Counted from the first letter of the stretch, positions 37,897-47,163 are shown. The stretch is DNA of 64,000 bases from a virus (IMGVR_UViG_3300020365_000001), one strand, 5' to 3'. Made by a program: numbers and translations. Notes: generated by a model from the letters alone, not told the origin.

Positions 37897-38798
37897 GCAT
37901 CAGCAAGACGTTGGAAGTAAGACAGAGCATCATCACTGTCGTCTTCAGAAGCAGGAGCACTAGCAGCGGCAGCAACTGTTGCTTTCAACTCAGATTCTGG
38001 TTTCGTGGTGATCTCCTGTTCCTCATCAAAGGTCTCTGGATCCACACGCTTCGGACGTGAGTTGTTCAGCACAGAGTTGAGACGAGTCTCAAGTTCATCA
38101 TAAGACTTGAACTGATCTGGATTGGTGAACTCTTGCAGAGAATACTGCTTCTTCCACAGTGCTTCCAGTGCATCATCATCGTCCAGAAGAGGAGAAGATG
38201 CAGCGAACTCAGAAGAATCGTAGTTACGATAACCTGCAACGTTCTTTGCTTTCAGTTTGAAGTGAGCACCACCCCAGAAATCAAAGGGATCGATTGCTTC
38301 TTCATCTTCAAACTCAGGTTGCATGGCAGCAGAGAGTTTGTCAAAGATCTTCTTACCAAACTTATACAGGAAGACTTTGCCTTCGTTGTGAGGATTAGCA
38401 GGGTCCTTGACAACGTAGATGTTAGCAGTGTAACTGAGTTTACGCTTCTGCTTACGTGCAAGATCCTTGTCAGAATCAGTGCCACTGTTCCACAGCAGGC
38501 GATTGTATTCAGAGACAGGATCTTTCTTACCCAGAGTGGTCAGAGAGTTCTCAATGTACCAACCTCCAGGACCTTGGAAAGCGTGAGACCACACCTTTGC
38601 CCAAGGAAGTTCTTCCCCTTCGGGAGCAGGAAGGAAACGGATAACAGCATAACCGTTGCCTGCTTTGTCAACCTCCAGTTTCCACAAGCGATCATCTGCG
38701 TTGTTGGAACCGGTGGTATTCATTTTTTCAATCTCTTTGGTCAGTTTGGAAGTCAAACTACCAAGTTTGGATTGCTTCTTGAGGTCTGCGAAAGACAT
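37893..38798 (-). CDS. gp32: Single-stranded DNA-binding protein gp32
   Basis: DKAGNGYAVIRFLP, GGWYIENSLTT, FGKKIFDK, acidic tail; start at MSFADLKK. Confidence 0.97.
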   Translation of the reverse strand: MSFADLKKQSKLGSLTSKLTKEIEKMNTTGSNNADDRLWKLEVDKAGNGYAVIRFLPAPEGEELPWAKVWSHAFQGPGGWYIENSLTTLGKKDPVSEYNRLLWNSGTDSDKDLARKQKRKLSYTANIYVVKDPANPHNEGKVFLYKFGKKIFDKLSAAMQPEFEDEEAIDPFDFWGGAHFKLKAKNVAGYRNYDSSEFAASSPLLDDDDALEALWKKQYSLQEFTNPDQFKSYDELETRLNSVLNNSRPKRVDPETFDEEQEITTKPESELKATVAAAASAPASEDDSDDALSYFQRLADA

Positions 38799-38845
38799 AG
38801 GATTTGTTAGATTCGGTGGATTGTTTGGATTGTCACCGGACACAT

Positions 38846-38874
38846 AGTATAGCGTCCTATTTAGATCCTGTCAA
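38846..38874 (-). promoter_or_regulatory. Sigma70-type promoter for gp32 with an embedded late-promoter-like CTAAATA
   Basis: TTGACA-17 nt-TATACT on the minus strand; the spacer contains TCTAAATA. Confidence 0.8.
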
Positions 38875-39210
38875 GGAGGAGTCGATCATGCGGTCAATGC
38901 TCCGAGACATGTTGTTGAAAGAATATCCCATGTAGATCTGACCGAAGAGTACAAACAACAGACCAGTACAAGCGATCACATTCATGCGCTTACGATCTTC
39001 GATTGCTCGGTGCTCACGTGGGTTCACAACATTTCCCTTGGAGTCGCGAGCGATATGTGCGTTGTTCAAAATTCCTTCAGTTTTAGGTGGTGTACAATCT
39101 GCTTTTGTCAGAGTAGTTGGTTTGAGATTTGACAGTTTGTTGAAACCTTTAGGCATCAGATACCACATATGATACAAGTGCATTCTAACTTCTCCAGGTT
39201 TATGTGTCAA
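38857..39210 (-). CDS. Hypothetical membrane protein
   Basis: 117 aa with one hydrophobic segment ending GQIYMG. Confidence 0.55.
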   Translation of the reverse strand: MTHKPGEVRMHLYHMWYLMPKGFNKLSNLKPTTLTKADCTPPKTEGILNNAHIARDSKGNVVNPREHRAIEDRKRMNVIACTGLLFVLFGQIYMGYSFNNMSRSIDRMIDSSLTGSK

Positions 39211-39427
39211 GCATGTCGAAAGAATGCTGCATCAACATAGCAGACAGTTTTATTTTTAGAAACTGCAAGAACTCCTGCTCCTCTGGTGGACGAGCAGGTG
39301 ATCCTGGCCAAGTTTTTATCGCATAACAGATGTGATCATGTAGTAATCGAATTTCTTCGATGGACAACCCGAATGAGGCGTACCAATCACTCTCAAACTC
39401 CTCGCTATATTCTGAGTGGAGATCCAT
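39200..39427 (-). CDS. Conserved cyanophage hypothetical protein
   Basis: WPGSPARPPEEQE motif. Confidence 0.7.
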   Translation of the reverse strand: MDLHSEYSEEFESDWYASFGLSIEEIRLLHDHICYAIKTWPGSPARPPEEQEFLQFLKIKLSAMLMQHSFDMLDT

Positions 39428-39433
39428 GGTGGA

Positions 39434-39763
39434 TCATTTTCTTAGTTGGGTTTGCATTTGCACTAACACATTATGCATGTTGCGGAAGATGGTACCCATG
39501 TCTGCGTTGCCAAATCCCATATCCTTCGACGCTTCCATGAGTTTTTCTTTCATCTCAATCGCTTCAGGATCATCCGACAAGGACATTCTGGTCCACATAA
39601 TCTGCTGTTTTTCTAACAATTCTTTCAAGGTCTCGATGTGTTCCCACTTCGCATCGGAACTCATGTAGGGAAACTTCTGGATAACACCGTACAATTCTTT
39701 TTGTAATTCGTAGATGGTAGTCATCTCACGCATTACATTTTCACTCTCAAAAAAATTGGTCAT
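39434..39763 (-). CDS. Conserved cyanophage protein (DUF1825-like)
   Basis: FFESENV...LLEKQQIMWTRMSLSDDPEA. Confidence 0.8.
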   Translation of the reverse strand: MTNFFESENVMREMTTIYELQKELYGVIQKFPYMSSDAKWEHIETLKELLEKQQIMWTRMSLSDDPEAIEMKEKLMEASKDMGFGNADMGTIFRNMHNVLVQMQTQLRK

Positions 39764-40346
39764 TTAGTTCGGTGATTACCTGGTGCTTGTATTTTTCCTT
39801 GTCGATATTTAGGAAGGGTAGGTACTTGCGAATTTTCATACCGATAGTATGCCAGACAGGATCATCTAGTTTCTTATCATAATCTTTGCAGTATCCAAAC
39901 AGTTGTTCATAGATAACTGCCTCTTCAATACTAAGATTACCTGCTAGATATTCTTTGAGTAGTGGTGGGTGTCCATCCTTTGGTTCAAGGAATACTTGCA
40001 GACCATACTGCTCCATCATATTTTTGTTCGTACCTTTGAAGTTGTAGAACAAACTTTGTTGGCGGCGCTGCCATTCTTTGAAGACACCTTCACCACTACG
40101 GATGATGTTACCAATCCACATACCTGATGGGTTGTCAGTGCTGATGAAGTTAGCAAGGAAGAAGTTCCTGATGTCCTCATCTTTATACTTCCTTGAGGTC
40201 TTCTCAAAAAAGTATCTGTCCTTCCTCTTGTAGAAAGAGTCAAGACTTGCTCTAGACTTACCAGCATACCTAAAGTAATCATACTTCTCCTTAGAGAAGT
40301 GATTTTTGTACGCCAGATACTCCTTGTAAGTATCAAACGGTGTCAT
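39747..40346 (-). CDS. gp59: Helicase loader gp59
   Basis: YLAYKNHF..YDYFRY..FYKRKDRYFFEK. Confidence 0.9.
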   Translation of the reverse strand: MTPFDTYKEYLAYKNHFSKEKYDYFRYAGKSRASLDSFYKRKDRYFFEKTSRKYKDEDIRNFFLANFISTDNPSGMWIGNIIRSGEGVFKEWQRRQQSLFYNFKGTNKNMMEQYGLQVFLEPKDGHPPLLKEYLAGNLSIEEAVIYEQLFGYCKDYDKKLDDPVWHTIGMKIRKYLPFLNIDKEKYKHQVITELNDQFF

Positions 40347-41409
40347 AGGTTGCTTCATCATGCATAGCGACGTTCTTTTTCAATTTCGCATCCAACTGTT
40401 TAGTTGCCGTGAACCATACAGGGTTGCGAGGACACATGGAACAGATCCAATGTGGTTTTGTTACCTCATCAAAGGATTGTTGAATCTCTTCTTGGGATGA
40501 GTGTATGCTAGTGGGTTTGTAGGCCAAATACTTCTGCCATTCTGGATCGTCCATCTGATTGGTTGCATCAAGGGACTCTCTCAGGTAGGAGATCATGGGA
40601 CACTTCCAAAGGTGACCGTTATACAGTTGACTGTTCGGGCACGTACAATGAGTGAAACTTTCCTCAGGATCTCCCTCCTCAAAGGGATAGTATTTGATCT
40701 GGTCATCTTTGATATCGTACTTGACAATATCAAACCACTGTCTAGGTTTTCCATCAAGCAGACGGAATGCCTCACTAAATTCTAACAGGTTTTCTGTGTC
40801 AGCGCCACGTTCTTTACAATATCTTATGAATTTTGCTGCGTTCTCCCAGTTTACCGATCCCTGCTTGGTATACCAGGGTTTGTGAAAGGTTACTCGGAAG
40901 TTCACACCCTTCAGCATTTCATCAACGATCCACTCCTTCTCCTGTAAGAGGCGTGAACCGTTGCTAAACAGTTTTATGTTACAGGTCTGCCCAGTTGCTT
41001 CTGCGACCTCTCTGGTGACCTTTACGACCTCTCTCGTGCGGGGTTCTAGTAAAGGTTCGCCACCGATGATACTAATATGACTCCAGACATATACTTTTGG
41101 CAGAAAAGATTTGATGTCATCTATCAACGCATCGATGTCAACACCACTCTTTACACCAAGAAGACTGCTGTTGTGATTACATGCACGACAGGCGAGATTG
41201 CACCCGTTGATAACATGAATACTCAGCAGTCTTGTGGTAGGTCTCTCCGCTTCCAGAGATGCTATCTCTTCAGGAGTAACCTGCTTGAAGTTAGAAATCC
41301 AGAATCCTCTTTGCTCTCTCACATAGTCAACGCTTTTACTAACCTCCAACAATCTTTCTTCCGAAAGATGTTTACACATTTTAGCAAGCGTCCACTCTTT
41401 GAGTTGCAT
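40333..41409 (-). CDS. Radical SAM protein (paralog A)
   Basis: CNLACRAC, GGEPLL, SNG; auxiliary CTCPN...WKCP...CSMC. Confidence 0.9.
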   Translation of the reverse strand: MQLKEWTLAKMCKHLSEERLLEVSKSVDYVREQRGFWISNFKQVTPEEIASLEAERPTTRLLSIHVINGCNLACRACNHNSSLLGVKSGVDIDALIDDIKSFLPKVYVWSHISIIGGEPLLEPRTREVVKVTREVAEATGQTCNIKLFSNGSRLLQEKEWIVDEMLKGVNFRVTFHKPWYTKQGSVNWENAAKFIRYCKERGADTENLLEFSEAFRLLDGKPRQWFDIVKYDIKDDQIKYYPFEEGDPEESFTHCTCPNSQLYNGHLWKCPMISYLRESLDATNQMDDPEWQKYLAYKPTSIHSSQEEIQQSFDEVTKPHWICSMCPRNPVWFTATKQLDAKLKKNVAMHDEATYDTV

Positions 41410-41675
41410 TAGATACTAAAAAACTTTGCTTTAGATGTCCTCTTCAAGTAATTTAGGTTTGTTGCATTCCCTTTGAGTTTTTCTTTCAAAGGTTTGGTGA
41501 TGAGTTTTGATACTGATTCGATCTCAATGTTGTTGGTCTCACAGTAATGGCAGATCGCTTCGATGTAGTTCATCTCGGCGTTGTCCTTCACCAAATTTTC
41601 AATGTCATTTGTGAATTTGTCCTGACACAGGAACTTTTGCTTCAAAATAGATCGCATTTCAGTTTTGGAACTCAT
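41409..41675 (-). CDS. gp33: Late promoter transcription coactivator gp33
   Basis: MNYIEAICHYCE...SKLITKPLKEKLK..A..LNYLK. Confidence 0.9.
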   Translation of the reverse strand: MSSKTEMRSILKQKFLCQDKFTNDIENLVKDNAEMNYIEAICHYCETNNIEIESVSKLITKPLKEKLKGNATNLNYLKRTSKAKFFSI

Positions 41676-42339
41676 TGATTTTTTCTTCGACAAATTTCTG
41701 AATGTATTGGATAAGTAGTTTCATGTATTTCATTTTATCATACTCTTCGTACACTTCCACCTCCCCGTTCTGACATGTCATGATGATGACAAGTTTCTTT
41801 ACAGGGATACCAGTACGTTCATAGAACATACATGCATAGGCAGATGCTTGTACGAAATAGTTTTCAATCCAATCCCGTGGTTTGGGTTTTTCTGCTGTCT
41901 TGAAATCAATGATTGCTAACTCAGGTTCGCCGTTCTCACCTGTGTATTCGGCAATACAGTCTACCGTTCCGGCGACCCCAAGTTCTTCACTATACAAGCT
42001 CTTTTCCAGAGCGTATATATTATTTATGTTTTGCAGGGTCTTTTTTGCCTGCTGAAACAACATCTTAGGACCAGGTTCCTTGAACTCAACCTCTTTGTTC
42101 AAGAGAAATGTTTCGATCAAGGTATGAGTTTTTGTGCCACGACTAGTGGCACGTTTAGTGATGCGGTTTGCCTCCGCTTCACCGACTTTCTTCCTCCACT
42201 TGACAAAGACTTCTTTGTTGTAGTGGGAAGTGACCGAGGTGATGGACACCATCGGTCTATCATTGACTGTGTAAAATCGAATCCCTTCAATATTCTTCCG
42301 GGCAAGTGCCGGAAGATCACATTCTACATGCTGAAACAT
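41659..42339 (-). CDS. PD-(D/E)XK exonuclease (Cas4/RecB-like)
   Basis: SITSV, RGTKTH, AGTVDCIAEY, IIDFKT, YFVQ. Confidence 0.9.
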   Translation of the reverse strand: MFQHVECDLPALARKNIEGIRFYTVNDRPMVSITSVTSHYNKEVFVKWRKKVGEAEANRITKRATSRGTKTHTLIETFLLNKEVEFKEPGPKMLFQQAKKTLQNINNIYALEKSLYSEELGVAGTVDCIAEYTGENGEPELAIIDFKTAEKPKPRDWIENYFVQASAYACMFYERTGIPVKKLVIIMTCQNGEVEVYEEYDKMKYMKLLIQYIQKFVEEKINEFQN

Positions 42340-43094
42340 TACATACCAAGTTCAATTTTACTTGTGAGATAAGACTTGACCAGACCAGAGCGAACGATAT
42401 CGTTGATACCAAACTCAGTTAGTACGAACTCAGGCATACGCTGAACGATCTTCATGAAATCTAGGATCCCATTCTTCTCGTTAGTCTTGACCAAATCAGT
42501 TTGTGCTACGTCACCACAGAACATAATCTTACAGTTCTCACCAACCCTAGTAATAATACTATCGAGTTCGTGGAAGTTCAAGTTTTGAGACTCGTCCACA
42601 ATAATGATGGAGTCGTCAAGTGTAGTACCACGGATAAAACTAGTGGACCAGAAGGTGACGGACTCTTGTGTCTTCAGGTTACCCCAAAGCATTTCAAACT
42701 CATTGTCAGTAGGGAGTTCAAACATATACTTTACCATATTCTTATAAGGAATTTGGTAAAGAGCAGACTTATCTTCATGGTCTCCTGGCAGGAAACCAAT
42801 CTCGCGTGTAGAAACTAGTGAGCGAACCAGCACCACCTTATTGTAAGGAGTGAATGGATCCAATACCTCACGCAAAGCAAGATAAAGAGTGATGAATGTT
42901 TTGCCAGTGCCAGCAGCACCGTAAAGAAACAAGTTTTTACCCTCATTGTATGCATCAAAGACAACCTTCTGATTGTCAGTGATTGCATCGATAGGGACCA
43001 TCGCCTCTGAGTTGATGGGTTTCTTTCTTCGCATCTGTTTCGCTGTCATTCCAGCGCCGACTGATGACATGATCTTCTTACGACGTGCAGGCAT
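42339..43094 (-). CDS. phoH: PhoH-family ATPase
   Basis: GAAGTGKT, IGFLPG, RGTTL, VDESQN, GDVAQTDL, DIVRSGLV. Confidence 0.96.
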   Translation of the reverse strand: MPARRKKIMSSVGAGMTAKQMRRKKPINSEAMVPIDAITDNQKVVFDAYNEGKNLFLYGAAGTGKTFITLYLALREVLDPFTPYNKVVLVRSLVSTREIGFLPGDHEDKSALYQIPYKNMVKYMFELPTDNEFEMLWGNLKTQESVTFWSTSFIRGTTLDDSIIIVDESQNLNFHELDSIITRVGENCKIMFCGDVAQTDLVKTNEKNGILDFMKIVQRMPEFVLTEFGINDIVRSGLVKSYLTSKIELGM

Positions 43095-43345
43095 TAGGCG
43101 TGTGTGGTTTTCTGGGGTTTGACTTTGGATCCGGGAACTTGTGCGACTTTAGACAGAACTTCGTTCCATCCACCATCTGTTCTGCTATAGACATCGCCAC
43201 ACCCACTAACGGCTGATGCGACGCCTTTAGACCAGTCTTTGTCCCAACCAGGATTGTCTTTCTTCCACTGATCATACTCAGCGACAGTCATGGACAATTC
43301 CTTTGTCTCACCAGTTTCTAAATTTTTTACAGGATAAATGGGCAT
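43094..43345 (-). CDS. Conserved T4-like cyanophage protein (FmdB-like)
   Basis: MPIYPVKN..TGE..WKKDNP..GWNEVLSKV..PGS; usual position beside phoH. Confidence 0.75.
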   Translation of the reverse strand: MPIYPVKNLETGETKELSMTVAEYDQWKKDNPGWDKDWSKGVASAVSGCGDVYSRTDGGWNEVLSKVAQVPGSKVKPQKTTHA

Positions 43346-44136
43346 TAGGTTGTAATTGCCTTGCGTTTGGTTTTCTCTTGCAGTGCGGCACTGAACTTGA
43401 GTGGTCTAGCAGTACACATATTGCATACGCTTTCTGGAATTTTACTATTATTACAGAAATTTGTCAATTCATTGTCAGTGCAGTCAACTGGTAGTCCATC
43501 GACGAGATACTCTTGCCAATCTCTATCATCAGATTGTTCAGTCACATACAATAGTTCTTTTAGGAATGCCGTGTTAGGACACTTCCATAACTTACCATTG
43601 TATAGTTGTGTATTAGGACAGGAACATGCTTTGAAACTCTTATCAGGTTTGCCATGGTTGTAAGGATGTACCTTACCACCACTCTTCCTGATTGAGTTGA
43701 ACCAACGGTCCTTGCCAGTGTGATGTTCAGTTACAAGCACCTTAGGGTGATTGAATTTCTTGATCACATCTTCAACTAGATCAACATGGATACTGATTCT
43801 TAGATAAACCCGTGGGTTTTCTAAGCTTTCTTTGATCCACGCTTCATTCTGTAGGAGCAATAGACCATTGCTGTAGAGATAGACAGGAGAATTAGAGTGT
43901 GTTGTACATGCATCGAGGATCTCTTTGCAACGGGGATTCAATAGCGGTTCTCCACCAATGATAGAGATCCGATTTACATCTAACCGTGGAAGTATTGTAG
44001 CAATGTCTTGGAGTAATTGATCCGTATCTATTCTACTGCTAGGAGCAAAATAATTACTGAAATGATTACAACCTTTACACTGCAAGTTACATCCTATTGA
44101 AGCACTTACATCTAAGATGTCAAGTTTTGGTTTCAT
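43345..44136 (-). CDS. Radical SAM protein (paralog B)
   Basis: CNLQCKGC, GGEPLL, SNG; CSCPN...WKCP...CNMC. Confidence 0.9.
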   Translation of the reverse strand: MKPKLDILDVSASIGCNLQCKGCNHFSNYFAPSSRIDTDQLLQDIATILPRLDVNRISIIGGEPLLNPRCKEILDACTTHSNSPVYLYSNGLLLLQNEAWIKESLENPRVYLRISIHVDLVEDVIKKFNHPKVLVTEHHTGKDRWFNSIRKSGGKVHPYNHGKPDKSFKACSCPNTQLYNGKLWKCPNTAFLKELLYVTEQSDDRDWQEYLVDGLPVDCTDNELTNFCNNSKIPESVCNMCTARPLKFSAALQEKTKRKAITT

Positions 44137-44935
44137 AGTATGCTAGATACGCTGCTCCAATAGCGGTGCCTCCATCATGAGCAATGGGTTCCACATATAG
44201 ATTTATATGAGGGAACTTCTTCTTCATTTTGTAATTGGCAACACAGTTTAGAAAACACCCACCAGAAACTACTACATTATCTGATGTCCGCATCTCCAAA
44301 AGTTCTTCGTATCGTTGCTCCCACTGTAGTTGTGTGCTGAATGCAGGTTCATCATTGTATGCACTCATACCCATAACTTTACCAGCATCTCGGTGATCCC
44401 ACCCATAGACCAGAGCAGTCTCCTCAAACTGACGCCCACAACCTATACTATCCGGACCAAAGATCCTCTTGTGAGTGGTAGTAAAATTAGGTGCAGAGAA
44501 TATAGATTCTATCTCAAGTCCTTCGCTGGTCTTAGAACCATTGGAGTCCACTACAATACAGGATGCCTTACGAAACCCTGAGTTGTAGTATGCACAGGCA
44601 GCATGAGTCAGGTGATGATGCTTTCTATAATCATGGATCTTTGCATCAGGAAATTGTTTCTTGAACTTCATCAGGTCTTTGATGTTGTCCACCTTCTTAT
44701 TGCCACGCACCCAATGAGAGTCTGCTAATGCAATGTGACTTGCCTGTGGTAAGTATTTGATCAGGGTCTTGACCCGATGATCCCATTTCTTTCGCGTAAG
44801 TCTTTCTGCTTCCAGGTAAAATATTAGCTTGCCCTCATACAATGCACAGATAGATCCATTGTTAGATAGGTTGACCCCTATGACCAAATTTTTGCCGGAG
44901 TTTTTTTTCCGGTTCTCGGGAAATGAAAAGTTCAT
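44120..44935 (-). CDS. Carbamoyltransferase N-terminal (Kae1-like) domain, copy 2
   Basis: EAERLTRKK, HHLTHAACAYY, GKVMGMSAY, SGGCFLNCVAN, DGGTAIGAA. Confidence 0.88.
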   Translation of the reverse strand: MNFSFPENRKKNSGKNLVIGVNLSNNGSICALYEGKLIFYLEAERLTRKKWDHRVKTLIKYLPQASHIALADSHWVRGNKKVDNIKDLMKFKKQFPDAKIHDYRKHHHLTHAACAYYNSGFRKASCIVVDSNGSKTSEGLEIESIFSAPNFTTTHKRIFGPDSIGCGRQFEETALVYGWDHRDAGKVMGMSAYNDEPAFSTQLQWEQRYEELLEMRTSDNVVVSGGCFLNCVANYKMKKKFPHINLYVEPIAHDGGTAIGAAYLAYYETKT

Positions 44936-44938
44936 TTT
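44895..44938. repeat. 44-bp A/T-tract element, copy 2
   Basis: 35/44 identity to 37291-37334; supplies the start codon region of 44120-44935. Confidence 0.7.
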
Positions 44939-45528
44939 GAAATGAGTCGCCCGATCTCAGGGAAATAAAGATAAGGTATCTCTGACCCATGGAAGGTTTC
45001 CATTGCATCCTCAGGTGACTCGACTAGAGGTTGACCTGCTAGGTTGAATGAAGTATTGAATAGCATAGGCACACCGGTACTCTTATGGAATGCCTGAATT
45101 AGATCGTAGTAGTGACGATTCTGCCGACCAGTTACCGTCTGGATGCGACAGGTCTTGTCTACGTGCAGCACACCTGGTATCTTATCCCATTGATGAGGCC
45201 AACAGTCCATGGCATACATCATGTGCGGAGACTCCTTCAGTCCTGCCATGTCAAACCAATCGTTTGCATGCTCAAGCATCACACTTGCAGCAAAGGGTCT
45301 GAAATGTTCCCGCTTCTTTATCGTATTGATCTTTGCCTTGGCGTTAGGGTCACGTGGATCATAGAGTAATGATCTGTTGCCAAGTGCACGTGGTCCTGCC
45401 TCAGACCTACCCTGAAAGATTGCAACAGGGTTCTGATTCATCAGCAGGTCTACAACATCTTGCAGACTTACTTCATCACCCTTGATGTGGTTCAGAGTAT
45501 AAACAGGTCCCAAATAGAGTGTCTTCAT
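44932..45528 (-). CDS. Carbamoyltransferase C-terminal (YrdC-like) domain
   Basis: GRSEAGPRALGNRS, KKREHFRPFA, HVDKTCRIQTV, NTSFNLAGQPLVE. Confidence 0.92.
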   Translation of the reverse strand: MKTLYLGPVYTLNHIKGDEVSLQDVVDLLMNQNPVAIFQGRSEAGPRALGNRSLLYDPRDPNAKAKINTIKKREHFRPFAASVMLEHANDWFDMAGLKESPHMMYAMDCWPHQWDKIPGVLHVDKTCRIQTVTGRQNRHYYDLIQAFHKSTGVPMLFNTSFNLAGQPLVESPEDAMETFHGSEIPYLYFPEIGRLISK

Positions 45529-46504
45529 GATGTTCTAGTAACGCTGAACCAATGGAGAGACCTCCATCATAAGAAAGAGGATCGACATAAAGATTTATGT
45601 CTAGTTCTTTCATGATTTTGTAGTTAGCAACACAGTTGAGGAAAAATCCTCCACTAACTACGACGTTTGTTTTTCCGGTTGCAGTGACTGCTTTCTGAAT
45701 GATGCGTAGAGCATGTTGTTCAGCAGATATCTGTAACCGATGTGCCAATTCTATTTTAGTACATTCTGGACCGGTGTATGCGGTACTGTGTGCTTCTGCA
45801 TACAACTCCTTGCTGCATACACTATGGTTGTACTCGACGTTGAATAGATCAGGTTCCTGTTTGGTCTCACAGTATGGTGCCAGACCCATAGTCTTACCTG
45901 CCTCTCGTTCATCAAACCCACAGAAGCGTGACACCCTACGGTACGCTTGACCCACACTGGTGCGGTCACTATAGAAATGATTACCCTCCCAGTAGGGTTC
46001 CTTCAGTTTTGCACACTCATCTTCACTCCAGAAAGTTGAGTAGTGTTTGAAGACAGGAATGAATCCTTGCTTGTCATGCACAAAGATACTCTCAACCTCA
46101 CAGAAGTTCAGTCCATCTTTGACTACATTGGATCCCTTCCCATCCATCACCACACATACAGCATCATCAAACCCTGAGTTGTAAAAAGCACTGGCAGCAT
46201 GACACTCATGATGCCTAGTGCGGTAGTCTACGATGGGGATGCCTAGATCCTTTACAATTCTAGTCAGATTATTTTTCTGCTTGAGTCGTAGGATAAACTT
46301 CTCTGGATAGTATCTGGTATAGCAGTCACAGATAGTAACCTTGTCAATGCTAGAGTCCAGATACTTTTTTGCTACTTGAATAGCAGATCGATCACGTTTG
46401 ATCTTACTCAGTCTTTCTTCTTCCAGATAGAAGAGAACCTCACCGTCTTCTACGATAGCAAGTGATCCATTGTGTGATAAATTTATTCCACAGATTCTTG
46501 CCAT
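45476..46504 (-). CDS. Carbamoyltransferase N-terminal (Kae1-like) domain, copy 1
   Basis: EEERLSKIK, HHECHAASAFY, VMDGKG, GKTMGLAPY, SGGFFLNCVAN, DGGLSIG. Confidence 0.9.
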   Translation of the reverse strand: MARICGINLSHNGSLAIVEDGEVLFYLEEERLSKIKRDRSAIQVAKKYLDSSIDKVTICDCYTRYYPEKFILRLKQKNNLTRIVKDLGIPIVDYRTRHHECHAASAFYNSGFDDAVCVVMDGKGSNVVKDGLNFCEVESIFVHDKQGFIPVFKHYSTFWSEDECAKLKEPYWEGNHFYSDRTSVGQAYRRVSRFCGFDEREAGKTMGLAPYCETKQEPDLFNVEYNHSVCSKELYAEAHSTAYTGPECTKIELAHRLQISAEQHALRIIQKAVTATGKTNVVVSGGFFLNCVANYKIMKELDINLYVDPLSYDGGLSIGSALLEHHEDTLFGTCLYSEPHQG

Positions 46505-47163
46505 TCCAATGCTTCACTCACCGATGGATACTGTTCAATGAAGATCTCCTTACATGCTTCGGCAACCTCCATGTGTTCTTTCTGTGTGCCGTTGGCAGTT
46601 CTCAAATTGATGTAGTGGATCCACGACCTACATGAACCTGTCATGTAGATTCTGGTGGGCGTGCATAATGGGAGCACATTTCTTGCACACTCCTTTGCCA
46701 CACCACGCTCAAGCATCTGTTGATACAGTGCCATGGAAGAATCAAACAGAGTTTGCATCTGCAACTCTAGATTCTGGACTACGAATGGATCAAGATCATC
46801 AATAGAATTCTGACGATTCTTGTCATCCTGACGACGCAGTTCAGGAATAGGAATAGAATCTCTCAGCAGACTAGAGTCTGCATAGCGTTGTGAAAACTCT
46901 TGGAAAGTAAAACTACGATGCCTCAGTATTTGAGCTGCGATAGCACGGGTAGTATTGATTTCCAGAGTCATAGTGGATTGCTCAAACACAGACCAGTGGT
47001 TGTGCTTGATACAGTAGCGGAGCAACCCAGCATACTTTTCGTTCTCTTGATTAGAAGGGTTGCTCACGCGAGCAATGTACGCCATCATCTGCTCAGCGTC
47101 AGGCGTATTGCTTACCAGTTTTACAGTTGGTTTCATAGATCTTCGTACTGCCAGCGGCGTCAT
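46483..47163 (-). CDS. thyX: Flavin-dependent thymidylate synthase
   Basis: RHRSFTFQEFSQRY ThyX motif; alternative start at 47136. Confidence 0.97.
   Translation of the reverse strand: MTPLAVRRSMKPTVKLVSNTPDAEQMMAYIARVSNPSNQENEKYAGLLRYCIKHNHWSVFEQSTMTLEINTTRAIAAQILRHRSFTFQEFSQRYADSSLLRDSIPIPELRRQDDKNRQNSIDDLDPFVVQNLELQMQTLFDSSMALYQQMLERGVAKECARNVLPLCTPTRIYMTGSCRSWIHYINLRTANGTQKEHMEVAEACKEIFIEQYPSVSEALEWQESVE

Noticed and set aside
41659-42339. Cas4-like nuclease suggesting a CRISPR system
   Set aside because: It is the core T4-like cyanophage exonuclease; I saw no repeat-spacer array or other cas genes
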